Shown here in pieces: positions 16,994 to 26,520 of a stretch of 61,756 nucleotides of DNA. The DNA comes from a virus (taxonomy: Duplodnaviria > Caudoviricetes). The DNA lies in the IMG/VR virus record IMGVR_UViG_3300048854_000277, positions 1-61,756 of that record. One strand, given 5' to 3'. The notes beneath the pieces are model-generated. The model made no database searches and was not told where the DNA came from. It was given only the letters and a program-made list of their open reading frames with translations. Position 1 is the first letter of the stretch. Each line of letters opens with the position of its first letter. Both the position numbers and the translations under genes were made by a program.

Positions 16994-18175
16994 ATGGGAA
17001 TGGCCGACATTATCCATATGCCAGAACACCGCGGCGCGCAGCTGGAAGACGGATACATGCGCGTTGCGAATGAGCTCGGCCGTGCGATCACGTTTGCCCG
17101 TCTGACTTCGTACCAGCGTTGCATCCTGGATGTAGTGATGCGCCAGACGTACGGCTTCAACAAGTTGGTCGACGACATTGCGCGCACTCAGTTCGCCGAT
17201 GAAACCGGCATTGACCCGTCAGACGTCCGCCGCACCATCAACGAGCTGGTCGAGATGAACATCATCACTCGCACGGTAGGCCGCTTCGCCCACTCCTACA
17301 GCGTCAACAAGCGGTATGCGGCTTGGGCCATCCCTGAGTCGAGGAAGTATGTGAAAAAGATCATCGAGCAGGAGGGGAATCACCTCCTATCAGGGGGGGA
17401 ATCACCCGAATTTGAGGGGGGGAATCCCCCTGTTACAGGAGGGGAATCCCCTCCTACAAAAGACAACTCCAAAAGACATAACCAAAAGACAACTCCAAAA
17501 GAAACCCTTTCGGTCTCGCTTCGCGAAACCTTTGAGATTTTTTGGGCGGCGTATCCGAAGAAAAGATCGAGAGCAACTGCCGAAAAGGCGTTTGCAAAGC
17601 TGAATCCGAACGAGCAACTCCTAAGCGACCTGATGACAGGACTGGAGCGGGCCGTGACTTCGGAGCAGTGGAGCAACCCTAAGTTCATCCCGCACGCGGC
17701 CTCCTGGCTGAACGCTGCGGGTTGGAAAGACGAGATCCAAGCCGCGTACACCGATGCCGAGCTGGCCGTGATCCGAGCCTTTAACGAGGCACTCGGGGAG
17801 CGTATCGGCGCAGTGGACGAGGCGGTCTTTGTCGAGGCGCGGGCCGGCGCGATCCGCGCATTCACGACGCACCTGAAGGGCGACACGGAGGCGTGGAAGC
17901 GGTATTTCCCCGCCGTGCGCGAGAAGGTCGACCTGCCGCCGCACGCGGGCTTCGATTACCTGATCAGCCCGAAAGGCTTTGGCGACGTGAAGGGGCGCAT
18001 GGCCGTCAAACGGAATCCTGACGGAACCAGGGCCGCCGGCGAGTGGGATAAGTCCGCGAGCGGCATCAAGAGCAAGGCGATAGAGATGGGCGTCGCATTC
18101 CGCGACGACGAGCCAATGCCCGCAGTCGCGGCGCGCGTGCGGCTTGCAATTTCAAAACAGGAGCAACAGCAATGA
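16994..18175 (+). CDS. Lambda O-like replication initiator
   Basis: LEDGYMRVANEL...RQTYGFNK..D.I; FEIFWAAYPKK domain; internal iterons. Confidence 0.9.
   Translation: MGMADIIHMPEHRGAQLEDGYMRVANELGRAITFARLTSYQRCILDVVMRQTYGFNKLVDDIARTQFADETGIDPSDVRRTINELVEMNIITRTVGRFAHSYSVNKRYAAWAIPESRKYVKKIIEQEGNHLLSGGESPEFEGGNPPVTGGESPPTKDNSKRHNQKTTPKETLSVSLRETFEIFWAAYPKKRSRATAEKAFAKLNPNEQLLSDLMTGLERAVTSEQWSNPKFIPHAASWLNAAGWKDEIQAAYTDAELAVIRAFNEALGERIGAVDEAVFVEARAGAIRAFTTHLKGDTEAWKRYFPAVREKVDLPPHAGFDYLISPKGFGDVKGRMAVKRNPDGTRAAGEWDKSASGIKSKAIEMGVAFRDDEPMPAVAARVRLAISKQEQQQ
17369..17504 (+). repeat. Replication origin: four iterons at about 22-bp spacing and an A-rich tract
   Basis: AGG(A/G)GGGGAATC(A/C)CC units beginning near 17369, 17391, 17414 and 17436, followed by CAAAAGACAACTCCAAAAGA twice. 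Confidence 0.85.
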
Positions 18176-18369
18176 CGATCGGTATCGGTGGTTTCGTGTT
18201 CCTCATCTTTCTCGTGCTGAAGCTGGCCGGCATCGGGGCGGTAGCGACGTGGTCATGGTGGTGGGTGACGTGCCCCTTATGGATTGGGATCACATTGTGG
18301 GCTGTCGTTTCGGTCGTGTTCGGAACCATTGCTGGCGCCATCTACGTGATCGCTAAGGCAAAGCGGTAA
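18172..18369 (+). CDS. Small membrane protein
   Basis: FLVLKLAG....WSWWWVT.PLW motif. Confidence 0.75.
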   Translation: MTIGIGGFVFLIFLVLKLAGIGAVATWSWWWVTCPLWIGITLWAVVSVVFGTIAGAIYVIAKAKR

Positions 18370-18938
18370 TGACGAGCCGCACGACATTGCGCTACCCCGA
18401 AGGCACGAAGGAAGTCGGCACTGCGCGCGTGCGCGAGGACCTGACTGTCGGCCGTAGCTTCGCCGAGCGCGAGATTCATCGCCGTACTGGCGCACAACCA
18501 AACAGCGAAGTAGAGGAAATCATGGCCTGCAGTGAACCAGTCAAGTCGCTTGCGCCGGCGCCGCGCAAACCATCGGCCGCACCGCGAGAAGCTGCGCGCC
18601 TTGCGCTCCAGGCTCTCGGACGCCTGAAGGCTGGAGCAATGAACAAAACCGAGGCTTCGTATGGCGCGCACCTCGAATCACGTAAGCGCGCCGGCGAGAT
18701 CGCCTGGTACCGGTTCGAGGGAATCAAGTTTCGTCTTGCCGAAAACACTTTCTACACCCCTGACTTCGCAGTCTTGCTTACGAATGGCGAGTTGGAGTGT
18801 CACGAAGTGAAGGGTCATTGGCAAGACGATGCGCGCGTGAAGGTGAAAGTAGTTGCCGATCAATACCCGCTGCGGTTCATTGCTGTGACCGCGAAAACCA
18901 AAAAGGCCGGCGGCGGCTGGGCCGTGGAGGAATTCTGA
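18369..18938 (+). CDS. PD-(D/E)XK endonuclease (DUF1064-like)
   Basis: MNKTE..Y, FYTPDF, HEVKG. Confidence 0.8.
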   Translation: MTSRTTLRYPEGTKEVGTARVREDLTVGRSFAEREIHRRTGAQPNSEVEEIMACSEPVKSLAPAPRKPSAAPREAARLALQALGRLKAGAMNKTEASYGAHLESRKRAGEIAWYRFEGIKFRLAENTFYTPDFAVLLTNGELECHEVKGHWQDDARVKVKVVADQYPLRFIAVTAKTKKAGGGWAVEEF

Positions 18939-19330
18939 TGCGAATCATTGGGAGTCGGCGCAACAAAACTGGGGACGCGAACCTGTTGCTCAATTTCGAT
19001 CAGCGGCGCGTGCTGGAAGCGCTGCGAAATCTGAAGCGCGCCACGGTCACCGAGATTTCTCAGGAAATAGACAGAACGCGCACCAATATGCGCGTCGACA
19101 TCCGAATCCTCATGAAGCGTGGCTACGTCTCGAAGGTCGGCGAAGTTGCACCGGCCTGGAAGGGGCGTACTCCCGGCTATTACGAATGGACAGGAAAGGA
19201 ATTCCGTCCGTCCGCAGAGCTGGCACCGAACAGGATAAATGCCAGTGAATTGGTTTCACCACCGCCAGAAATCGCATTGCTGGTTAATTCGATCAACGCA
19301 ATGATTCACATCGGAAGGAGCGCGGCATGA
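18938..19330 (+). CDS. Winged-HTH protein
   Basis: ATVTEISQEI..TR.N...LMKRGYV. Confidence 0.65.
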   Translation: MRIIGSRRNKTGDANLLLNFDQRRVLEALRNLKRATVTEISQEIDRTRTNMRVDIRILMKRGYVSKVGEVAPAWKGRTPGYYEWTGKEFRPSAELAPNRINASELVSPPPEIALLVNSINAMIHIGRSAA

Positions 19331-19851
19331 CATGCAAGGATTGGTCACCGGAGGAAATCGAAACGCTGAGACAGATCATGTCAAGCGGGATGAGTCTCAA
19401 GAAAAACATGCATCTTCTGCCGGGTCGTTCGTATGGGTCAGCGGGTCAGCAATGTACTAAATACGGGATAAAGCACGCGTCCGTTGAGACTCGGGTGCTG
19501 CGCGTGATGGCCGACGGTAAAACTCGCCTTGCTACGAAGCTGGCCGCCGAGATTGGCGCAAGTCGTACTTCCGTGTCTGACGTTTTGCATGATTTATCTA
19601 TGCCCGGCGATGAGCAGCGGGTGCACGTTTGCGGATTCACCGAAGGTGGGAGGCCACACCTAATCTATGTGATCGGCCGCGGCGTGAACGAGCAGACGCG
19701 AGCGCCGGCCCGGAAAAAACCGATCGAGATCGATGACGAAGCCGAATTAGATCGCCTCTACCGCTCCAATGCCGCATGGTGGCCGCACGCCGATCCGGTA
19801 GTGATCGCTTCCATCAACGCCATGGTTCATGCAGGGAGAGCCGCAGCATGA
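19327..19851 (+). CDS. Myb-like plus winged-HTH protein
   Basis: WSPEEIETL..LPGRS; C-terminus resembles that of the upstream gene. Confidence 0.65.
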   Translation: MTCKDWSPEEIETLRQIMSSGMSLKKNMHLLPGRSYGSAGQQCTKYGIKHASVETRVLRVMADGKTRLATKLAAEIGASRTSVSDVLHDLSMPGDEQRVHVCGFTEGGRPHLIYVIGRGVNEQTRAPARKKPIEIDDEAELDRLYRSNAAWWPHADPVVIASINAMVHAGRAAA

Positions 19852-20306
19852 GCCTCGCTGATCGAATCATCGCCCGTGTCACGCGGCGCGCACCCGATTT
19901 CATCATCGGTGGCGCTGACGATCCATACCTGATCCGCTGGTGGGTTATCCCGCGTAATCGCTTCTTCAACGTTTATCTGCATCTTTTCAAGCGCAGCGAC
20001 GACGACCGCGCGCGCCACACGCATCCGTGGCTGTTCAACATCAGTTGGCTTCTGCGCGGGAAATACCGGGAGTGGTTCGGCGACGGCGCCAATGATTTCG
20101 CCAATCGCACCGCCGGAGAGGTAAAGCCTCGCTGGGGAGCAGCACCGCATCGGGTCGAGCTCACCGACGGTGATTGCTGGACGATCTTCATCACGGGCCC
20201 GCGCGTGCGCGAATGGGGCTTCCTCTGTGTCGAAGGGTTCGTCCACTGGAAGCTGTTCACGGCGCAGGGAAATTCAGGCCGGGTCGGACGCGGGTGCGAT
20301 CAATGA
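19848..20306 (+). CDS. Cupin-like phage protein
   Basis: YLH.F..SDDDR..H.HPW, HRVEL, WTIFITGP..REWGF. Confidence 0.75.
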   Translation: MSLADRIIARVTRRAPDFIIGGADDPYLIRWWVIPRNRFFNVYLHLFKRSDDDRARHTHPWLFNISWLLRGKYREWFGDGANDFANRTAGEVKPRWGAAPHRVELTDGDCWTIFITGPRVREWGFLCVEGFVHWKLFTAQGNSGRVGRGCDQ

Positions 20307-20515
20307 GGCCATTCGAAAACCCTGCGCACGAAGGAAATTTGTCCAGCCAGTACATGACCGGCAAGCGTTGCCTCGTTGCTGGCTGCATGCATCCTGCCGG
20401 TACAGCCTGGAGCCCGCTGTGGTGCGTGCTGCACAACATCAGCCGCATGAGCCAGATCGAATCTGTGTATCGGGCTGTTGATCACGCTGTGCAAGGGGCT
20501 TCGCATGTTCAATAG
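20303..20515 (+). CDS. Hypothetical Cys/His protein
   Basis: ATGA overlap; C...GC..PAGT.W...WC..HN. Confidence 0.55.
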   Translation: MRPFENPAHEGNLSSQYMTGKRCLVAGCMHPAGTAWSPLWCVLHNISRMSQIESVYRAVDHAVQGASHVQ

Positions 20516-20930
20516 CACCTTCAAGCGCAAGCCCGGCTCGCCATTTAGCAGCTTCGCCACGCCGAAGACACGCATTGCGCGCACCGCAATGAAGAAGCGC
20601 GCGAAGAAGAAGCCGACGGTCGCCGAAGGTTCGAAATATCTGGCGGCTTGCAAGGATGAGCCCTGTTATCTGCGCGTCGCTGGCGTGTGCATCGGCCGAC
20701 AGACTGTCGTCCCGGCGCACTCAAACCAAAGCCGCCACGGCAAGGGCCTCGGCATCAAGGCGGCGCACATCTTTACCGTTCCCGGATGCCAAGCGTGCCA
20801 CCAGTGGATTGATCAAGGTAGCGCGACGCGTGCTCTGAAATTCGCCGTGTGGGACACCGCATATGAGCGCTGGGAGCCGATCCGCGCGGCGAAGATAGGA
20901 ATGCAGGAGGCAATCGAATGCGCCTTCTAG
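20505..20930 (+). CDS. DUF1364-like HNH-type nuclease
   Basis: CYLRV.GVC..TVVPAHSN..HGKG.GIKA..C..CH. Confidence 0.8.
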   Translation: MFNSTFKRKPGSPFSSFATPKTRIARTAMKKRAKKKPTVAEGSKYLAACKDEPCYLRVAGVCIGRQTVVPAHSNQSRHGKGLGIKAAHIFTVPGCQACHQWIDQGSATRALKFAVWDTAYERWEPIRAAKIGMQEAIECAF

Positions 20931-21235
20931 TTCGCATGTACGACCCGCGTTTGACCGTCGCCACTCGCCCTGGCCGCGCGCGCCGGAAGTACAACCCGGA
21001 CAACTTCGCGATGTTCGAAACGAATGTCACGCGGCTGTTCAAGAGAAGTCCCGGCGGCACTCTATACGCCTATGGATTCATGCCCGAGAAATACGCGCCG
21101 ATTGCGATGCAAGCGTACTACCAGCCTGACGGTACCTATCTGTTTGAAGTGAATGAGAACCACAACAGAAAGACCCTGGAGCCGTTCTTCGCGAGCGACT
21201 TGGATGAAATGGATGTGACGGAGGTGGAATCGTGA
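20918..21235 (+). CDS. Hypothetical protein
   Basis: RBS GGAGG; operon packing. Confidence 0.6.
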   Translation: MRLLVRMYDPRLTVATRPGRARRKYNPDNFAMFETNVTRLFKRSPGGTLYAYGFMPEKYAPIAMQAYYQPDGTYLFEVNENHNRKTLEPFFASDLDEMDVTEVES

Positions 21236-21525
21236 ACTGCAAACCCGGGTATCTCGCCTATTTGGTGTATGCGAATCCTGAGCATTCCGACGCCGTCGGC
21301 CGCGTAGTCGAGGTGTTGCGCTGGAGCACCGAATTCTCCTCGTGGGAGATTGAATTTGTTGGGCCACGGCCAGTGAGCCTTCTGTGCTGGATGGCCCCGA
21401 CCGCCATGGATTCGAGTCTGAGGCCGATCAGCGGCGTACCGATCGAAGATGAAACGCCGATCGAAACCAACGTCCCTGAAGCACTGAAGCTCGCTCTGGG
21501 CATTGAATCACGGTCGTACGCATGA
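21232..21525 (+). CDS. Hypothetical protein (MNCKPG...LRPI family)
   Basis: GTGA overlap; conserved-looking termini. Confidence 0.65.
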   Translation: MNCKPGYLAYLVYANPEHSDAVGRVVEVLRWSTEFSSWEIEFVGPRPVSLLCWMAPTAMDSSLRPISGVPIEDETPIETNVPEALKLALGIESRSYA

Positions 21526-21842
21526 GAGGCGTAACGCGCTTGACGCCAATCGTTCCCGGCGAGATACAGCCGGTCGTCTGGCTTGATGGAACAGTGAAGA
21601 CAGGATTTGTCAGTGGTGGCGCAGCCGAAGGCCGAGGCTTCCCGCAATGGGCAAAGCGGATATTCGCCGGTGACAAGGTGCATTGGTTCGCCGAGGAGAA
21701 AAACCAGTGGGACGAGCGTCGGTCGCTGTGCGGTCGTGTGTTCGCCGGTGACGGCTCTCTTTTTCTACCGGGCAACTTCACGCGGTGCATCGCGTGCGTG
21801 AAAGCGCGCTCAGTTCAGAAGCGCAACGGGATCAAATCATGA
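21522..21842 (+). CDS. Hypothetical Zn-binding protein
   Basis: H...SLCG...CIAC. Confidence 0.6.
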   Translation: MRGVTRLTPIVPGEIQPVVWLDGTVKTGFVSGGAAEGRGFPQWAKRIFAGDKVHWFAEEKNQWDERRSLCGRVFAGDGSLFLPGNFTRCIACVKARSVQKRNGIKS

Positions 21843-22195
21843 GAGTCGACAACTTAGGTGGCGCTCTTTTGGATCTGTGGGTAGGTCGCGCCGAGGGCCA
21901 CAACGTCTCACTAGTGAGCGCATGCGGGATGAGCTACTGCCGCATCGATGTGCCGTATGAGGGGTACACGGTCTACGTGCCAACGCACAACTGGCAATTG
22001 CTCGGGCCGATCATGGTGCGCCAGAACTATTTGCTGTACCCGCGCGCCGCTGAGCCGGGTTCGAAAGACGTGATCTGGCTCGCCGAGGCGCAACTCAATC
22101 CGCGCTTCCACGGGATGTACATCGATGCGCGCGCTGAACTCGCGCTCTGTCGCCTGCGCGTTGCCGAACGATTTGGCGAAGAGGTGAGCGAATGA
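21839..22195 (+). CDS. NinX/DUF2591-like protein
   Basis: L.G.LLD.WV..AEG; P..NW...GPI; FGEEV. Confidence 0.75.
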   Translation: MRVDNLGGALLDLWVGRAEGHNVSLVSACGMSYCRIDVPYEGYTVYVPTHNWQLLGPIMVRQNYLLYPRAAEPGSKDVIWLAEAQLNPRFHGMYIDARAELALCRLRVAERFGEEVSE

Positions 22196-22491
22196 AAGCT
22201 ATCGACATTCCAAACGGCTGGGTAATGCTGCCCATCCAGCCAGATCAGCAGATGTGCCAAGCGGCTCAGGAAAAACTAGCCGAATGGCCGCGACGCCCTG
22301 CGCGCATTGGGGCGGTCTATCTTGCGATGGAAAGAGCAGCACCATTTCCGCCCGCGCGGCCCGTGTCCGTGCCAGCCGCAGAAATGGTTCGAGATGAACT
22401 TCTGGTGTCTCTGTTCTACGCAGCCCAAGGCGACATCACCAAGTTTCGCATCAGGGCGCGCCAGATCCTCGCTGCCGAGGCTGCTCGATGA
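22192..22491 (+). CDS. Hypothetical protein (PxGWV..P..P...M motif)
   Basis: N-terminus resembles that of 5288..6007. Confidence 0.6.
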   Translation: MKAIDIPNGWVMLPIQPDQQMCQAAQEKLAEWPRRPARIGAVYLAMERAAPFPPARPVSVPAAEMVRDELLVSLFYAAQGDITKFRIRARQILAAEAAR

Positions 22492-23102
22492 GGCGCTTCG
22501 AGTACATGGACCCATGCCTCGTGCTCGAGCGAAAACAGGAGGGCACGTGTTTAGGGTGTGTCCTCCTGGAAAGATCGCGCTGGAGCGGAACAACAAAATA
22601 CGTTTGCTCAACCGGTCAGCAAAAAGCTTCGACCGAATGGACAGAAATGCGGCGCTGCAAGAAATATAACGACGGGGTTTCCATGACGAGCGATCAATCA
22701 TCACAAATCGAAGAACTTCTCGGTGTTTGGTACGACTGGCAATGCCGTCAGTCTAAGGCCGAGACCCGCGCGCTTGACTTTAAACCCGATGACCGGACCT
22801 GCCGCGGCTATCAATCCCCTCCGAATGACGAGGACAGCGAGGACGCTTATAGATGGGCTGATGATCAGCAGTCCGAGCAGGTACAGCTTTGTGTCGATGA
22901 ATTGCCGATCGAACAGCGCGCGGCGATCAGTACGAAGTTCAGCGCTGCCTATCACACCGAAGCCCGTAACCGTGAGATCGGTAAATCGGTGTGGAGTAGC
23001 GGCCGCGCCGAAGACCGGCACGTCATCTACCAGGCCGCGAAGGAACGGCTCTTTCCCATGTTTGTTGCGCGCCATCTCGTCAAATCAACGGAGTCAGCAT
23101 GA
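22488..23102 (+). CDS. Putative Q-like late antiterminator with N-terminal Cys module (alternative start 22683)
   Basis: IEELL..W..W; CVDELP.EQRAAI...Y..AK.RL sigma region-4-like; upstream of a PR'-like promoter. Confidence 0.55.
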   Translation: MRRFEYMDPCLVLERKQEGTCLGCVLLERSRWSGTTKYVCSTGQQKASTEWTEMRRCKKYNDGVSMTSDQSSQIEELLGVWYDWQCRQSKAETRALDFKPDDRTCRGYQSPPNDEDSEDAYRWADDQQSEQVQLCVDELPIEQRAAISTKFSAAYHTEARNREIGKSVWSSGRAEDRHVIYQAAKERLFPMFVARHLVKSTESA

Positions 23103-23479
23103 AAGGCATACTCGCATCGCTCGCATCAGGCTGTCTCTCAATCGCGTTTCTCATCGGATGGCTTTTCTATGGGGTCAACGGCGCGCACAACGCCGCAGTC
23201 TTCCTCGTTTGGTTTGACGGATTTATGGGGCTGATCGCATTAATCGCTTGCTTTGCCCTGTCGCCGGGAGAGCCGAAGAGGATCGGGTTTCTACGCCGTG
23301 CCATGAACGCGGCCGTGAATGGCGCCGTGCTTGGGCTCCTAATCTGGTTCGGCCAATTCCTTCTGACGGGTGTCACGCTCTTTTCCTTGGTGTCGTTTGC
23401 TCTCTATCGAAGCGTGGCCCGATTACATGCCGAAAAATTAAGTGCCGATGCGATGCTCGCAGCGAGGAGCAAGTCATGA
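23099..23479 (+). CDS. Membrane protein (3-4 TM)
   Basis: Hydrophobic segments; ATGA coupling. Confidence 0.65.
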   Translation: MKGILASLASGCLSIAFLIGWLFYGVNGAHNAAVFLVWFDGFMGLIALIACFALSPGEPKRIGFLRRAMNAAVNGAVLGLLIWFGQFLLTGVTLFSLVSFALYRSVARLHAEKLSADAMLAARSKS

Positions 23480-23832
23480 CCTGCTATGTGGATGACATGT
23501 GCGCGGCGTACGGCCGCATGAAGATGTGCCACCTGCTTGCCGACTCCGACGACGAGTTGCATGCGATGGCGCAGAAGATCGGCGTCGCGCGACGCTGGTG
23601 GCAGAGCCCCGAGAGGACAAGCGGGAGCCACTACGATATCGCCTTGAGCAAGAAAGCTCTTGCAATCGCCGCCGGCGCGGTGGAGATCACGATGCGCCAG
23701 GCCGGCGCGATGAACACGCGTCGCCGCGTTACAGGCCTGCTCGGCGATCCTGCCGACGCATGCGAATGGGCGCATACCTATATGGCGCAGCGTCGACTCG
23801 AGAGAGCGGCGCAGCAAAAGGAGGTTTCTTGA
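23476..23832 (+). CDS. DUF4031 family protein
   Basis: YVDD......CHLLADSDDELHAMA..IG..RRW.Q...HYDI. Confidence 0.85.
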   Translation: MTCYVDDMCAAYGRMKMCHLLADSDDELHAMAQKIGVARRWWQSPERTSGSHYDIALSKKALAIAAGAVEITMRQAGAMNTRRRVTGLLGDPADACEWAHTYMAQRRLERAAQQKEVS

Positions 23833-24077
23833 ACGCAATTAACCCGAACCATCCCGTAACGCAATCGGCCGAAGAAAACTGGCACAAGATCGTCGCGCTT
23901 TTGGTCTTGCAAGCAGGAGGGCGACTGAGCATCAGCAGTTCCGAGATTGAATCGTTAGTTGACGGCCCACCTCAAGCGGTGGTCGTGAAATACAGCCGTG
24001 ATTCCATCGATTTGTGGATGGTGTCGGACGCCGAGGCCCAGCGCATGGGCCGTGAAGAAGGAGGAATGCCGTCATGA
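23829..24077 (+). CDS. Hypothetical protein
   Basis: TTG after GGAGG; NPNHPVT...WHKI. Confidence 0.6.
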   Translation: MNAINPNHPVTQSAEENWHKIVALLVLQAGGRLSISSSEIESLVDGPPQAVVVKYSRDSIDLWMVSDAEAQRMGREEGGMPS

Positions 24078-24415
24078 GCATTACTACCGATCCGACAGAC
24101 CCGCGCCTGAACAAGGGCGAAGGGCAGCATGAGGTTTATCTGGTGCTTTCCGAGGAGGAGCGCGCCAAGGGCTTTGTGCGCCCGTTGCGTCGATCTTACG
24201 TTCACGTCGGTGACGACCCGGTGATGGACGGCCGCGTGATGCTAAAGCTGGGCGTGGGTGGTTGCGGAGCAGTCACTAGGATGGGCCTCGCTTTATGCGA
24301 GACCTACGCCCGTGACCCGAAATTCTACGGCGCGACGTTTTGTGTCGGATGCAACGCGCACTTTCCGGTAGCGCAATTCAAGTGGGATGAAGACGGCGCG
24401 GTGGTGGGCTCATGA
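24074..24415 (+). CDS. Conserved phage protein
   Basis: YLVLSEEERAKGFVRPLR; ETYARDPKFYGATFC..C. Confidence 0.75.
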   Translation: MSITTDPTDPRLNKGEGQHEVYLVLSEEERAKGFVRPLRRSYVHVGDDPVMDGRVMLKLGVGGCGAVTRMGLALCETYARDPKFYGATFCVGCNAHFPVAQFKWDEDGAVVGS

Positions 24416-24834
24416 CCGATCTCGACGAACTGGAGCGGCTGGCGAAAGCTGCGACGCCGGGGCCGTGGGAATATCGCGAGGCTGACGGTAGCGCTGCGGT
24501 ATGCCACCGAGGCGGATGGGTGGAAGCGATACTGCCCGGCAGTCCACAAGAGAATTCCGATGCCGCCTACTGCGCTGCCGCCAACCCCGCAACCATCCTC
24601 GCCCTAACCGCTGAGGTGCGCAGACTACGCGCCGATCTGGACGGTGCTGGCGAGATGGCGAACAAGAATGCTCTCGATGCTTCGCGCTGGCAGCATATCT
24701 ACCACGGACCATACGTGGTTTGTCGCGTCCATGCGGATGGGCGGCTTGAGAATCTAGGCGGCAGCTACGTTGGTAAATATGCGGTTGACGATGGGATGGC
24801 GGCTCGCGCTGCGCATCCGAAGGAGGGCGCGTGA
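24412..24834 (+). CDS. Ead/Ea22-like protein
   Basis: LERLAKAATPGPW...AAANPATILAL. Confidence 0.8.
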   Translation: MTDLDELERLAKAATPGPWEYREADGSAAVCHRGGWVEAILPGSPQENSDAAYCAAANPATILALTAEVRRLRADLDGAGEMANKNALDASRWQHIYHGPYVVCRVHADGRLENLGGSYVGKYAVDDGMAARAAHPKEGA

Positions 24835-25115
24835 CAGATCTCAACAAACTGAGCCGTCAGGCGCTATCTGCCGCGATGCGCGGCGGGACGGAAGGCTGGG
24901 GACAATGCGGATCATCCACAGCGAATGTGCGCTATAGCGAGCCGATGAAGAAACGACCAGGGCGTCGGAAAACCTGCTGGTGCGGATGCGGAAATCCCCG
25001 AACGCATCTCGGCATGGCGAATGGCGTCGCGCTCACCAGTGCTTGTGAACTTGGCATTGCGCGGTGGGTAAAAACCGGCGATGTGAAGGCAACCAGAATA
25101 GGGGAGTCGCCGTGA
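24831..25115 (+). CDS. Hypothetical protein
   Basis: C.CGC...TH.GMANGV.L. Confidence 0.65.
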   Translation: MTDLNKLSRQALSAAMRGGTEGWGQCGSSTANVRYSEPMKKRPGRRKTCWCGCGNPRTHLGMANGVALTSACELGIARWVKTGDVKATRIGESP

Positions 25116-25354
25116 CGCCCCTAATCATTCTATTCGCGATTTTCGGCGCCATTCTGGTCGGTTCCATCGTCCTGTTGATCTTGTTGCTTGCCTTTAGGCC
25201 GGAGCCTCAATGGAAAAGCCACGGCTATCAGCCGCTTGCGATGCCGGGTCCGGAGCCTGCGCCGCGGGGACCGAAGGTGGCGCAGATGCCGGTAGTGGAG
25301 GCGGGGTGTGTCTCGTATCAATGGATCAATTTGACAGGAATCGAAGATGAGTAG
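25112..25354 (+). CDS. Membrane-anchored hypothetical protein
   Basis: GTGA overlap; N-terminal TM. Confidence 0.5.
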   Translation: MTPLIILFAIFGAILVGSIVLLILLLAFRPEPQWKSHGYQPLAMPGPEPAPRGPKVAQMPVVEAGCVSYQWINLTGIEDE

Positions 25355-25694
25355 CGCCAAAAACATTGAGACATGCATTCAGTGCCATGGCTCATCTGCC
25401 GGCGAGGTATGGGAGTGCGCACTGTCACGCGATGGGGTACGCCTGGCATTTGTCACCGGTCTCGGGTCGCACGCCGCGGCGAAACAGGCAGCAGAATATT
25501 TGCGCTTCGGCCTCGTCGCAGAATGGAAAATCGTGCCGCTAATCGACATCGACATACTTGACGCAGGAGAGCGCGCAGTCAGGGACTGGATCGACCCGGG
25601 CGACGATACGCGTGAAGCAGACTTGGTCGCTTGCGTCTGGAATGCGACTATCAACGCGTGGGCAGTGCAGATGTTAGACCGAGCGAATACATGA
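25347..25694 (+). CDS. Hypothetical protein
   Basis: Operon packing. Confidence 0.55.
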   Translation: MSSAKNIETCIQCHGSSAGEVWECALSRDGVRLAFVTGLGSHAAAKQAAEYLRFGLVAEWKIVPLIDIDILDAGERAVRDWIDPGDDTREADLVACVWNATINAWAVQMLDRANT

Positions 25695-26176
25695 TCGAAC
25701 TTCGACCCATTTCGCAGTCAGCGGCATTCGATTTCATACGTGAGCATCATCGCCACCATAACGTACCTGTCGGCGGACTATGGTGGCAGGCGGTTCACGA
25801 CGATGAGGGTTGTATCGTTGGCGTGGCTGTCACCGGTCGACCTGTGGCGCGACCGTTGGACGATGGGCTCACGGCCGAGGTAACGCGCCTGTGCACGAAC
25901 GGCACTTCTAATGCCTGCTCGATGCTGTATTCAGCTGCGCGTCGTGTCGCCATCGATAAAGGATTTCGGCGCGGCCTTACCTACATCTTGGACGATGAAG
26001 ACGGGGCTAGCCTTCGCGCGTCTGGCTGGAAATTTCTTTGGACTGTAAAGGGGCGATCGTGGGATACGCCGTCGCGAGCGCGCATCGATAAGCATCCAAC
26101 GTGCGACAAACTTGCATTTGGCTGGGGCCAGTGGCCTGAAATGATCGCTGCAAGCACACCAGGGAAGGCATCATGA
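25691..26176 (+). CDS. Mom-like GNAT-fold protein (XF1762 family)
   Basis: HHRHH..P, GVA..GRPVAR, EVTRLCT, NACSMLY.AARR, TY.L..E.GASLRASGW. Confidence 0.8.
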   Translation: MIELRPISQSAAFDFIREHHRHHNVPVGGLWWQAVHDDEGCIVGVAVTGRPVARPLDDGLTAEVTRLCTNGTSNACSMLYSAARRVAIDKGFRRGLTYILDDEDGASLRASGWKFLWTVKGRSWDTPSRARIDKHPTCDKLAFGWGQWPEMIAASTPGKAS

Positions 26177-26520
26177 CCACCATACCTGCAATAGAAGTAG
26201 CTGAAGTTTTTCGCCAGTCGCTACGCGGCGAGATCGCCGTCAAATTGATCGGCGATACCTCGTGGCGTGGTATGGGGTCGGGGAACGTTGAATATTCATT
26301 CGGCGCGTGGCGTATCACTTTATTCAATGACGCGATGGATCTCGACTATGTCGACAGCGTGGTCGCGCCTGATGGACGCACGGCCGAGTATGAGGATTGG
26401 TTCAAGCCCGATCACATCGGCGCCGACCCCGTAGACCTGCTGACGAACGCCGAAAGGAATGCACTGGAGTCGCTTATTGAGGGTTTGGAGCCAGAGGAGA
26501 AGCTTGATGAAGGTATCTGA
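26173..26520 (+). CDS. Hypothetical protein
   Basis: ATGA overlap; FND...LDYVDS. Confidence 0.65.
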   Translation: MTTIPAIEVAEVFRQSLRGEIAVKLIGDTSWRGMGSGNVEYSFGAWRITLFNDAMDLDYVDSVVAPDGRTAEYEDWFKPDHIGADPVDLLTNAERNALESLIEGLEPEEKLDEGI

